NCBI GenBank assembly: GCA_038209745.1
Contig: JBBQXJ010000002.1
Coordinates: 73,644 to 137,643, forward strand
DNA length: 64,000 nucleotides
DNA from: Verrucomicrobiota bacterium
GTDB lineage: Bacteria > Verrucomicrobiota > Verrucomicrobiia > Limisphaerales > CANJSG01
Reading direction: 5' to 3'
A model generated the notes under the pieces. The model had not been told where the DNA came from. It saw only the letters and a list, made by a program, of their open reading frames with translations, and made no database searches. This document shows, in pieces, positions 10,747-20,120 of the stretch. How positions within the stretch are numbered: the first letter of the stretch is position 1; the number at the start of each line of letters is the position of its first letter. The translations under genes and the position numbers were made by a program.

Positions 10747-11309
10747 TTCGGCGACGCGGCCAACTGCAATTCAGATTCAGGACCGGTTGGACGGAGCCGG
10801 GGCAGGGACAAGGGCAGAAACGTTCTATCAATCCTGTCGCAAGACGTCGTCAAGCCCGATTCGGACCGTGGTCTCTACGACTCGGAATTCACCAAGCTGA
10901 AGTCCTACGTCAACGACGCGGCGACTCCCACACCGGAAGCAGTGGTGCCTTCGCGATGGCGGGAGTGGATCTCACCGGTTCGTCCGATGCGGCGGCCATG
11001 GGATCGGGCTCCGCTTTCGCGTCAACCACAGCGGCCACAACGGCGCTGACAACCGTACAGGGTGCCATCACCAGGTTGGCGACGGACCGAGCTCAAATCG
11101 CTGCGAACGTTGCGCGCTTGAAATGCACCCGCGAACAATCGGGCATCCGCTGGGACGACCTATCGCGGGCCAACAGCCGCATCAAAAAGGTGGACGTGGT
11201 CGAGGAAAGCACGCGGTTTGCGCGATACAACAGCCTGGTCCAAGCAGGAGCGGCGATGTTGCCGCAGCTGAACCGGACCCCGGAAGGCGTATTGCGTCCG
11301 CTCCAATAA
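10747..11309 (+). pseudogene. Degenerate flagellin paralogue (5'-truncated, frameshifted, internal deletion)
   Basis: LSILSQDVVKPDSDRGLYDSEFTKLKSY and AITRLATDRAQIAANVARL...ANSRIKKVDVVEESTRFARYN in different frames; both match the intact fliC downstream. Confidence 0.9.
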
Positions 11310-11403
11310 AAGACGACGAGCCCCTGAACGGTCCGGCACACCCGGTCGACGCGTAACCGGGTCGACCCGGTTCCTTTTTCCGGTTGTATGCAAAAGAGCG
11401 TTC

Positions 11404-11430
11404 TAAAGTATTTCGAGAGGGAGCCGATTG
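11404..11430 (+). promoter_or_regulatory. Sigma28 (FliA)-type promoter of fliC
   Basis: TAAA-N15-GCCGATTG, close to consensus TAAA-N15-GCCGATAA. Confidence 0.85.
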
Positions 11431-11510
11431 ATATGTTGACCGCAAGGTCAGGGTTCCGGAGCCCGAAACTCACCGGACGGGATAAGGTGATGCCCGCAAT
11501 GAAATTCACC

Positions 11511-11568
11511 CGTGGCATGGATGCCACGTCAAAGTCCCTCTTCGGAGGGGCGACTCACGGAAAGAGTC
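11511..11568 (+). promoter_or_regulatory. Putative CsrA-binding hairpins in the fliC 5' UTR
   Basis: cgtggc-ATGGAT-gccacg and gactc-ACGGAAA-gagtc; ANGGA in loops, the second over the ribosome-binding region. Confidence 0.7.
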
Positions 11569-11571
11569 CTT

Positions 11572-12396
11572 ATGGTCATTAATACAAACATTTCGGCCCA
11601 GAGCAGCGCTCGTCTTCTCTCCGAATCATCCTCAATGCTGGCCAAGTCGCTGGCGCGACTGTCGTCCGGCTCCAAGATCGTCTCCCCCGAGGATGACGCC
11701 GCTGGATTGGCAGTGTCCCAGCGTTTCGACGCTCAGATCAACCGCACTCAGGCTGCCAAGAGCAACATCGGCAATGCGGTCTCCTTCAACCAGACTCAGG
11801 ATGGTTTCCTGCAGAAGGTGGGCAAGGCGCTCGATCGTATGAGCGAACTGTCCGTTCTTTCGCAGGACGTCACCAAGTCCGACTCGGATCGCGGCCTCTA
11901 TAACAAGGAGTTCACCGAGCTCAAGACCTACATCACCAACACGGCGACGAAGGACTTCAACGGGGTCAGCCTCTTCAGCGGCACAGCACTGTCGGTCACT
12001 ACCGATGGCGACACCAGCGGAGGAACGTCCGGAGCCTTCTCGATGACCGGAGTTGATCTTAGCGCCACCTCGTATTCGAGTGCGACCGGTTCGACTTCGA
12101 ACGTCTCCACCACCACCGGTGCGGCCACGGCTCTGACGAATGTCAAAGCCGCGATCACCCAGCTAGCCACCGATCGCGCGCAGCTCGGCGCCAATATCGC
12201 CCGTCTGAACTTCACCAACGACCAGTTGGGCGTCCTCAAGGACAACATCTCCGCTGCAAACAGCCGCATCAAAGATGTGGATGTAGCGGATGAAAGCACC
12301 AAATTTGCCCGATACAACATCTTGGTCCAGGCAGGCACCGCGATGTTGGCCCAGGCAAACCAACAACCGCAAGCGGCCCTCCGTCTGCTACAATAA
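11572..12396 (+). CDS. fliC: Flagellin (short, 274 aa)
   Basis: MVINTN...RLSSGSKI..EDDAAGLAV; C-terminal SRIKDVDVADE...ILVQAGTAMLAQANQ. Confidence 0.97.
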   Translation: MVINTNISAQSSARLLSESSSMLAKSLARLSSGSKIVSPEDDAAGLAVSQRFDAQINRTQAAKSNIGNAVSFNQTQDGFLQKVGKALDRMSELSVLSQDVTKSDSDRGLYNKEFTELKTYITNTATKDFNGVSLFSGTALSVTTDGDTSGGTSGAFSMTGVDLSATSYSSATGSTSNVSTTTGAATALTNVKAAITQLATDRAQLGANIARLNFTNDQLGVLKDNISAANSRIKDVDVADESTKFARYNILVQAGTAMLAQANQQPQAALRLLQ

Positions 12397-12425
12397 GTAG
12401 TCGGTCCGGTTACTTCGGTGGTTTC

Positions 12426-12460
12426 AGTCCGGCCGGCGCGTGAGCGCCGGCCGGACTCTT
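12426..12460 (+). terminator. Hairpin terminator after fliC
   Basis: agtccggccggcgc-gtga-gcgccggccggact 14-bp stem; weak T tail. Confidence 0.7.
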
Positions 12461-12507
12461 GATCAGAGAGAGGGTGCCGATTCCCGGCCGGCGGAGCGGG
12501 GAATGCC

Positions 12508-12535
12508 TCAAGCTTTTGAAGGATTCTCCCGATAA
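12508..12535 (+). promoter_or_regulatory. Probable sigma28-type promoter of fliD
   Basis: TCAAG-N15-CCCGATAA just upstream of the ATG at 12558. Confidence 0.65.
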
Positions 12536-12557
12536 CCTGAGTGGAGCAAAATAGTTT

Positions 12558-14261
12558 ATGGCAGATTTAAGCCTAGCGGGACTGGCCTCGGGCCTGGATT
12601 GGAAGACGCTGGTCGACCAGTTGGTTTCGATTGAACGGGCGCCACAAACGGCCATGGCGACCGAGCAGTCGAAGATTCGCACGCAGTCCACCGCGTACAA
12701 GTCGATCCAGAATTCGGTCAGTGCCTTGAAGCTGAAAACGGACGCGCTTTCGCAGTCCGATCTGTTTTCGACGCGCACGGCTTCCTCGACCGATTCCAGC
12801 GTGCTCACCGCCAGCACCGTGGCGGGGGCTTCCGTGGGCAACTACAAGATCACGGTCGGTCAATTGTCCAAGTCGGCGGTGCAGCAAGGATCTTCCGACG
12901 TTGGCAGTTCCCTGAGCGCGACGAACGACGTCTCCGCTCTCAAGCTATCCGACGCGGGCTTCAGCACGGCGGTCTCCGCGGGCAAGTTCACCGTCAACGG
13001 CAAGGAAATCACTCTCGCGACCAGCGACTCCCTCCAGGATGTGTTCGACAAGGTGAGCATGGCGACCGGTGGCGTGGTGAACGGCAGCTACGACGCCGCT
13101 TCGGACAAGGTTTCATTCTCCAGTTCCGGACCGCTTCTCCTCGGCGCCACGACCGATACCAGCAATTTTCTCCAGGTCGCCAAACTCTACAACAACCCCA
13201 GCGGCACCGGGTCGGTGAGCAGCGCTTCCAGGTTGGGATCGGTGAGGCTCGACCAGAAGCTGGACTCCGCCAATTTCGCGACCACGATCACCGACGGCGG
13301 CGCGGGAGTCTTCAAGGTAAACGGAGTCGAGATCGCCTTCAGTGCGTCGACCGACTCCGTGAGCGATCTGCTCAAGCGGATCAACAATTCCACGGCAGGG
13401 GTCACCGCCTCCTATGACTCGGTCAACGATCGTTTGAGTCTGACGAACAAGACGGGGGGGGACGTCGGCATCTCGCTCGAAGATGTGAGCGGCAATTTTC
13501 TCTCCGCCAGCGGTCTCAGCGGCGGCACTTTGGTCCGGGGCAAGGATCTGCAATACACCGTGAACGACGGTCCGACGCTCTATTCCCGGGGGAACGTGAT
13601 CGGGGAGGAATCTTCCGGAATACCGGGATTGAGCGTGACGGTCGCAAAGGAAGGGACGGCGAGCGTCGATGTGTCCGCCAACACAGGCGGGGTCAAGACA
13701 GCCATCAACGACTTTCTTACCGCCTACAATTCGCTGCAGGACACGATCGATACCTACACCAGGAGCTCTACGGACTCGTCCGGCAAGGTCACCGCTTCGG
13801 CACTGTCCAACGACAACGACGCCACCGATATCGGCACCTATCTGAGGAGGAATGCGTTTGGGAGCGTCTCCGGACTCTCCGGCACGATCAACCGGCTCGA
13901 AAAGCTCGGGATCTCCTCCAACGGAAGCGACAACAAGCTGGCTTTGGTCGACAGCACGAAGCTTGACGACGTCCTGGCCAACAAACTGTCGGACGTGGAG
14001 TCGTTTTTCTCCGACAAGGACCACGGATTGGCCGTAGGAATTTCTGCATATCTGGGCCGGACCGTGGGTGAAGACGGTTTGTTGCCGGGCAAGCAGACCC
14101 GATACACGGACCGGATCGCCAGTCTCGATGTCCAGATCGCGGCCCAAGAGCTGCAGGTTCAGGCAAGGAAGGCGCAGTGGCTTGCCGCGTTCCAAGCCAT
14201 GGAGACGGCCCAAGCCAAATCCAACCAGCAACTCGCCTATCTGACCAAGAGCTTCGGTTGA
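12558..14261 (+). CDS. fliD: Flagellar filament cap protein
   Basis: GLASGLDWKTLVDQLVSIER N-terminus; C-terminal FQAMETAQAKSNQQLAYL; follows fliC. Confidence 0.93.
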   Translation: MADLSLAGLASGLDWKTLVDQLVSIERAPQTAMATEQSKIRTQSTAYKSIQNSVSALKLKTDALSQSDLFSTRTASSTDSSVLTASTVAGASVGNYKITVGQLSKSAVQQGSSDVGSSLSATNDVSALKLSDAGFSTAVSAGKFTVNGKEITLATSDSLQDVFDKVSMATGGVVNGSYDAASDKVSFSSSGPLLLGATTDTSNFLQVAKLYNNPSGTGSVSSASRLGSVRLDQKLDSANFATTITDGGAGVFKVNGVEIAFSASTDSVSDLLKRINNSTAGVTASYDSVNDRLSLTNKTGGDVGISLEDVSGNFLSASGLSGGTLVRGKDLQYTVNDGPTLYSRGNVIGEESSGIPGLSVTVAKEGTASVDVSANTGGVKTAINDFLTAYNSLQDTIDTYTRSSTDSSGKVTASALSNDNDATDIGTYLRRNAFGSVSGLSGTINRLEKLGISSNGSDNKLALVDSTKLDDVLANKLSDVESFFSDKDHGLAVGISAYLGRTVGEDGLLPGKQTRYTDRIASLDVQIAAQELQVQARKAQWLAAFQAMETAQAKSNQQLAYLTKSFG

Positions 14262-14279
14262 TCCCGAAGCTCTGGCCGG

Positions 14280-15329
14280 TCATGCGGACATGAGCCGGGT
14301 GAGGTCGCTGCAAAACTCGTCCACGTCTTCTGGTTGCGTGTCCCAGGAGCACATGAGTCGGCAGCCCCCTTTTCCGATGAAATTGTAGAAGATCCACCCC
14401 GAGACGTGCAGCCCGTCGATGACCGGCTTCGGAATTTCGACAAAGACCGCGTTGGCTTCTCTCGGGAACAGAAACTGCACTCCGGGAATCGCCTTCACGC
14501 GCTCCTCCATCCGGGCGGCCATCTCGTTGGCGTGCCGCGCGTGCCGAAGCCAGACTCCGTCCTGCAGCATTCCGACCCAGGGTGCGGCCAGGAACCGCAT
14601 CTTGGAGCAAAGCTGGCCGGCCTGTTTGCAGCGATAGTCAAATTCCCGGGCGAGTTCCTTGTTGAAGAACACGACTGCCTCTCCCACGGGAAGGCCGTTC
14701 TTGGTGCCACCGAAGCTCAGCACGTCGACTCCGACCTTCCACGTGATCTCCTTCGGAGCCAGCCCGAGCGCCGCAACGGCGTTGGCGAACCTCGCGCCGT
14801 CCATGTGCAGTCTCAGTCCGTATTTCTTGCACTTGGCGCCGATTTCCTCGATCTCGGGAACAGAGTAGACCGTTCCAACTTCGGTGGACTGGGTCAGACT
14901 CACGACCTGGGGCTTCGGGTAATGGAGGTCGGTCCGTCTGGTGACGAGATCCGCAACGCCGTCCGGTGTGACCTTCCCGTTTTCGCCGCGCATCAACATC
15001 AGCTTGATGCCGTTGGAGAAGAACTGGGGAGCGCCGCATTCGTCGGTCTCGATGTGGGCCACTTCGTTGGCCACCACGCTGTGGTAGGACTGGCACATAT
15101 GGGCCAACGCCAGCGAATTGGCCGCCGTGCCGTTGAAGACGAAGAAGACCTCGCAGTAGGTTTCGAAGACGTCACGGATCAGGTCCGTGGCGCGGCGGGT
15201 GTATTCGTCGTTGCCGTAGGCGGGGACGTGGCCGGAATTGGCCTGCGCCATTGCCGCCCAGGCCTCGGGACAGATGCCGGCGTAGTTGTCGGATGCGAAA
15301 TGACGGATCTTTTGGGAGTTCGTTGGCAT
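14280..15329 (-). CDS. ltaE: Low-specificity L-threonine aldolase
   Basis: FASDNYAG, FNGTAANSL, HMDGARFANA, FGGTKNG. Confidence 0.92.
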   Translation of the reverse strand: MPTNSQKIRHFASDNYAGICPEAWAAMAQANSGHVPAYGNDEYTRRATDLIRDVFETYCEVFFVFNGTAANSLALAHMCQSYHSVVANEVAHIETDECGAPQFFSNGIKLMLMRGENGKVTPDGVADLVTRRTDLHYPKPQVVSLTQSTEVGTVYSVPEIEEIGAKCKKYGLRLHMDGARFANAVAALGLAPKEITWKVGVDVLSFGGTKNGLPVGEAVVFFNKELAREFDYRCKQAGQLCSKMRFLAAPWVGMLQDGVWLRHARHANEMAARMEERVKAIPGVQFLFPREANAVFVEIPKPVIDGLHVSGWIFYNFIGKGGCRLMCSWDTQPEDVDEFCSDLTRLMSA

Positions 15330-15979
15330 GGATGAAAGTGGAGTCGTCCCGATGATGAATGAACGCGCCTCGGTGCCCGACCGGTCAGTCTCTTTAGGGA
15401 CCTTTTCTTTGCGATGTGCGGTGCCGTCGTTCCTCATCGGTGCAATCCATTTGAAAGAACCTTACACGGACACACGCGGACTCCATCGGGACGCTCGAAG
15501 GATCACAAGCTGCAATGAAGAGCCTGGAAAACCAAGGCCTCGAATAGAGGGGTGGACAGGACGGCTCGAAATCAGGGGCTTTGAGACGAGAGGATGAAAA
15601 TTTATTTGATCTGAAACCGTGTTTGGAACCCCGGACAGACGAAGAAAGAAAAAGGACCACCCCCCAAGACGACGGTTGGGCCTGACCCAACAGGCAGAAT
15701 GCTCCATAGAAGACGAACAAAGCGATGGCGTTCATCCGCTCCGGCAGTCCAGTCGTGCCGCCCGCCAGAGCGGACAAGATGATCAATCCTCCGATTGGCT
15801 TGGCCAGTGATTCGATGTCGTTGCCTCGTCTTCTCCTCATAGTGAAGGTGCGGGTAATAGCGTGTGCTGATCGATTGCCAAGTTTGGACCGATTTCTCGC
15901 GCCTTCCGTCGTTGGCCGAAACCAAAAAGAAAGCCGAGGCTGGGGACGTGCAGTCCCAGTTCGAGTTGGGACGTAGTTT

Positions 15980-16430
15980 CTCCGCGACCCTCGAGAGTGG
16001 ATCTGCCGCCAGCCGTGGCAGTCCAGTTTGCAAGGTTTGCCCCCTCCGGCCATCTCTGAAAATCTCCGGTTTGGAAATGCCTTCTCCCGGATTTCGGCCC
16101 ACCTGTGTTCCTGCGGATTGAGTTCTGGCGCCTAGGCGGGGGAGGAGGAGCAGGCGGATGTTCTCCGGCACCACCAGCGCCTTGGCCACCTGCGAAGGTG
16201 CGTCATCTACGACCATGACGATGAAGTCTTGGTGGTGGGCGGCGCTGACTTGGGGCAGGAGGGCTCCCATCCATCCGGTGTTCATGGCCGGGGAAATCAT
16301 CCAGTCCAGTTCTCCTTCCAGCGGACTGACGACCCCGTAAACATTTTGGAATTCACGTTCGTAGCCGTTGTCCACCGCGGGACGTTTCGGGGCGGAAGCG
16401 GCGGACGGCTTCTGGCGGAAGGCGGCCTGA
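15980..16430 (-). mobile_element. IS630-family transposase remnant (pseudogene)
   Basis: VYGVVSPLEG...IVMVVDDA...VVPENIRL, then after a frameshift/stop APELNPQEH.W.EIREK; boundaries approximate. Confidence 0.8.
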
Positions 16431-16964
16431 AGACGAGGCCCGGTGGCCCGGCCCACCCCCAAGGCGGCGGCGGTGGGTTCGAGCGTGGCCCCGAACTAAG
16501 CCGACAGGAGTAGCGCCAGACATGGCCGCAGAGATGCAAGGGTCGTGGTGATGGCACCTGTCAGCCGCGCCCGCTTTGCTGCGAGTGCGTCAAACCGGCG
16601 TGGTCTGGCCAGACCGACTTACTGCCATTGATCGCCTCAACTCGAAAGCGAATCAGAATTGAAGGCAGCCACAAGTGCTGTTCGAACCGGAACTGACCTG
16701 ACCGATCACTCCCATGGTTAACGGGCAGAGGGCGAGCCATGTGGCGAGGTTCCGTTACTCCCATCCCCGGCAGTTTCGCTGGCATCTGGTTCTGCGTCTT
16801 TTCGTATGGGCTTTCGCAGAAGAAATGCAGAGCAAGGCGATTTCAATGGGAAAGCCTGCATCGTCGGAAGGGGCCTAGTTTCAAGGAGAGCCCCCTCGTA
16901 TTCAGGAAGAGATGTCCGAAGTTACGGCCGTCCCGGTTCGCCGCCATCGTGGCAAACCAAAATC

Positions 16965-17957
16965 TCAGGGCGTCAGGGAAGCGGCGTAGGCGGCGAGCAC
17001 GATCATGTCGTCGAGCGTGAGCTTTTCGACCGTTGGTTTCATCAGCGCGCTGCCGAGCCCGACCCGGGCTCCGTGCTTGAAGTCGTAGAGCTGCCTCAGG
17101 AGATAGCTCGGCGAGCGACCGGCGATGCCGGGGATCGGACCGATTCCTCTGAGATCGGGTCCATGACAGATGGCGCACTGGACAGTCCGGCCTTCTCCTC
17201 CCGAGCTGGCCAGGGCTTTGCCACGCTGGACGCTTCCGGTCGGAACGTAGGCGACGAAGCGGGCGCGCGAATCGCGGCTGGCAAACTGTTCCAGATCTTC
17301 CGGGACTTCGATGATCCGCTGGCCGGTCGGCTCCGTTTCGCCGTTCTTCAGATCGGTCAAATGCCATCCGTGGATCCCGGTTTGCGGCACCGTGTTCGTC
17401 TCGACCACGCGGATGATCTGCTTCAGTTTCAAGCCGGAGAAATAGGCGGCGGCGGCCTCGACCTCCGCGGCCGTCACTTCCTTGGAGAGCGCGATCATGG
17501 CTTTGGGCGGACCTCTTTGCGGAACGGAGGTTTTCCGGACGCCACTCTTGAAGTCGATCATCTGCTGGATGATGTAGGCGGCGGGAAGACCAGCCAGGCT
17601 GGTGTTTTCCGGTCCGCCGGTCCCTTCCGCCCGGTGGCAATAGCCGCAGGCGAGCACCCCGGGTCTCCGTCCGTGCGCGACGACGTCCGGCATCGGAGGG
17701 TGGTCGTCGGGATGCCAGTCCGGAGACAGGAAAGAGTCCCGCACCTGGCTGAGGGTGAACCCCAACTGGCTGTCGGGCACGCGCCGCAGCGTCCCGTCAT
17801 CTTTTGGAGAAGCAAGTCCGGGCGGGTCGACGGGGTAGGCCCACGGCGGAGGAGCCACCGCGTTCGGGTCGGGGACTTCCGCAGCCGGTGCCGGCATCGA
17901 AATCAACATGGCGCCAAGCAGCGTCAGCAGTCTTCCAATATCTCTCAGGTGGAACAT
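16965..17957 (-). CDS. Dihaem c-type cytochrome (c4-like)
   Basis: Signal peptide; CGYCH and CAICH haem motifs; Y..QQMIDFK and YLLRQLYDFK. Confidence 0.9.
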   Translation of the reverse strand: MFHLRDIGRLLTLLGAMLISMPAPAAEVPDPNAVAPPPWAYPVDPPGLASPKDDGTLRRVPDSQLGFTLSQVRDSFLSPDWHPDDHPPMPDVVAHGRRPGVLACGYCHRAEGTGGPENTSLAGLPAAYIIQQMIDFKSGVRKTSVPQRGPPKAMIALSKEVTAAEVEAAAAYFSGLKLKQIIRVVETNTVPQTGIHGWHLTDLKNGETEPTGQRIIEVPEDLEQFASRDSRARFVAYVPTGSVQRGKALASSGGEGRTVQCAICHGPDLRGIGPIPGIAGRSPSYLLRQLYDFKHGARVGLGSALMKPTVEKLTLDDMIVLAAYAASLTP

Positions 17958-18158
17958 CCACCGATTGAAAGACAGCCGGTCGAAATTTACAGCTCATTCC
18001 CGCCTTGGCATCTGGATAAAGACGGCGACCTGGTAGTCGAGCTTGCCCGAGCCATGAGACAAGGGGTGGCCCCTCCCGCCGCCTTCCAATGTCAGCCGGG
18101 TCGGCGCAGTGATATGGGGATGCTTGGTTCTGCGCTCGACGCGCTGAGCGGATAGCAA

Positions 18159-18307
18159 GGGTCGAGCGGCAGGTCGGCCCCACCGTTTCCAGGTAGCGAG
18201 GCGACCGGAGGGAGCGTCTCCATGTGGCGTGAATCGTCCGGGATTCTCCCTCTGCTCGCACCGCCTGCGGCGGTAGATAGGGACGTCTCGGCAACCCCCC
18301 CCTACCT
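18159..18307. repeat. Degenerate REP-like palindromes
   Basis: ggtcgagcggcaggtcggccccacc; aggtagcg ... gggacgtctcggcaacccccccctacct inverted pair. Confidence 0.45.
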
Positions 18308-18405
18308 CTGAGAAGCCGCCGTTCCTGCTCCGATCTTGGGGCTGGTTCCAAGATGTTCGTTGCCGGAAGAGGGTGGATCGGCTGAATTCGGAGTGTCGCC
18401 TCTCC

Positions 18406-19377
18406 ATGAAACACCTGCTTCTCCTCTTCGCCGGCCTCGTGATCCTCCTGCCTGTGGCCGACGCGGCAACGGGGGTCCAGATCTCGAGATTCACCCATGA
18501 GGGTTGGACCGACTGCGTGCGGATGAGCAACGCCGTGTCGGAGGTGCTGATCGTGCCCGAGATCGGCCGGGTCATGCAGTTCCGGCTCAAAGGCGAGGAA
18601 AGCGTGTTCTGGGAGAACTTGGCGCTGCGGGGCAAGCCCCCGGATGCGAAGTCGAAGGACTGGTCGAACTTCGGGGGCGACAAGACCTGGCCGTCGCCGC
18701 AGGCGGATTGGCCCAAGGTCACGCGACGCGGGTGGCCGCCGCCGCCCGCCTTCGACCAAATGCCGGTGAAGGCGACCACGCAGGGCTCGATCGTCACGCT
18801 GGCTTCGCCGGTCGATCCGTGGTTCGGCATTCAAACGACGCGCGTGCTGGAGTTGCATCCGACCGAGCCCCGCCTGACGATCCGAACGACCTACCACAAG
18901 GTCGAGGGCGCTCCCGTGAAGGCGGGTGTGTGGATCATCACCCAGCTGAAGGAACCGGCGCTGGTCGTGGTTCCGCTGCCGGAGAAGAGCCTTTTCGCCG
19001 GGGGATTTGATCGACAGTCGGGCGACAGCTTGCCGGCTGATCTAACGGTGTCCGATCGTCTGCTCTCGCTCCGCCGACATCCGACCAAGTCCAGCAAGGT
19101 GGGCACAGACGCCGAGACTCTGCTGTGGGTGGGAGACAAGACGATGGTGAGGATCGATTCTTCGCGGATGGCAGGCGCCGAGTATCCGGACAATGGCAGC
19201 AGCGCCGAGATCTACACCAACGGCGGCGAGGACTGGAAGTATGTTGAACTGGAGATGCTCGGGCCGTTGGCGACCTTGAAACCCGGCGACACGCTCGCGC
19301 AGACGAACTCCTACACGCTCTTCCGTCGCGAGTTGCCAGATCCGATGGCCGACGCGAAGCGGGTGCTGGGTCGGTGA
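18406..19377 (+). CDS. Secreted hypothetical protein (DUF4380/galactose-mutarotase-like fold)
   Basis: Signal peptide; VPEIGRVM, WSNFGGDKTWPSPQ, YVELEMLGP. Confidence 0.65.
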   Translation: MKHLLLLFAGLVILLPVADAATGVQISRFTHEGWTDCVRMSNAVSEVLIVPEIGRVMQFRLKGEESVFWENLALRGKPPDAKSKDWSNFGGDKTWPSPQADWPKVTRRGWPPPPAFDQMPVKATTQGSIVTLASPVDPWFGIQTTRVLELHPTEPRLTIRTTYHKVEGAPVKAGVWIITQLKEPALVVVPLPEKSLFAGGFDRQSGDSLPADLTVSDRLLSLRRHPTKSSKVGTDAETLLWVGDKTMVRIDSSRMAGAEYPDNGSSAEIYTNGGEDWKYVELEMLGPLATLKPGDTLAQTNSYTLFRRELPDPMADAKRVLGR

Positions 19378-19463
19378 GCGATCGTCGACGCGCGCGGACT
19401 GAAGGCGGAAGTGGAGAACGGCCCGGTCGTGATCTGGGAGGATCGGAAGTGAGGGGCAACTGC

Positions 19464-19799
19464 CTAAAGCGGGCCCATCGTGTTGTCGTCGATCCATTCC
19501 AGATACCGCTCGTTGCCTCCGGCCAGCGGCAGGACGACGAACTCCGGCGTGTCATACGGATGCGAGGCCAGCACGGCGGCTTCGAGCGCGGCCAGATGGC
19601 CCTTCCGTGTCTTCATCATCAGCAGAACCTCGGCGCTCTTCTCCAACTTGCCCTGCCACCAATAGTGCGACTCCAGCTTTGGAACCAGGTTCGCGCAGGC
19701 CACCAACTGGGCGGTGAGCGCCGCCTTGGCCAAGGCGCGGGCCGTTTTCAGGTTCGGCAAGGTGACCAGCACGATCACATGGCGGGCGGTGGCTTTCAT
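19464..19799 (-). CDS. cutA: Divalent-cation tolerance protein CutA
   Basis: LVACAN, SHYWWQGKLE, HPYDTPE. Confidence 0.95.
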   Translation of the reverse strand: MKATARHVIVLVTLPNLKTARALAKAALTAQLVACANLVPKLESHYWWQGKLEKSAEVLLMMKTRKGHLAALEAAVLASHPYDTPEFVVLPLAGGNERYLEWIDDNTMGPL

Positions 19800-19859
19800 C
19801 CGACCGAGTGGCTATCCGAACGACCACCGTCGGGCAAATCCGAAGTCCTGACAGTTTTT

Positions 19860-20009
19860 GTGGCACCGGGCGTCTCGCCTGCTGTAGCGGGTGGCCATTA
19901 GCCCGCCGGTCAAGGTCGTGGTTGGACAAGGGACTTCTTGGGGGCCAGTGGATTTCTATTCGGCGGGGCGGGACGCCGGCCCTCTATGGCAGGCGAGACG
20001 CCCGCCGCT
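19860..20009. repeat. REP-like inverted doublet
   Basis: Perfect 15-bp inverted repeat gggcgtctcgcctgc (19868) / gcaggcgagacgccc (19989) within longer imperfect arms. Confidence 0.75.
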
Positions 20010-20120
20010 TCCCATTTTCGGCCTTTGGCCTTGGAACTTCGGATTTCCTGGCCGTGGCCGAGCTTCGTCTGAACATCTTTTCAGTTCCCGTGTCTGTCTT
20101 TCCGTAACTATCTTGCGCCC

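Noticed and set aside
15335..15420. Possible glycine riboswitch upstream of ltaE
   Set aside because: Only a weak AGAGAC..CACCGA resemblance; the conserved CTCAGG element is missing.
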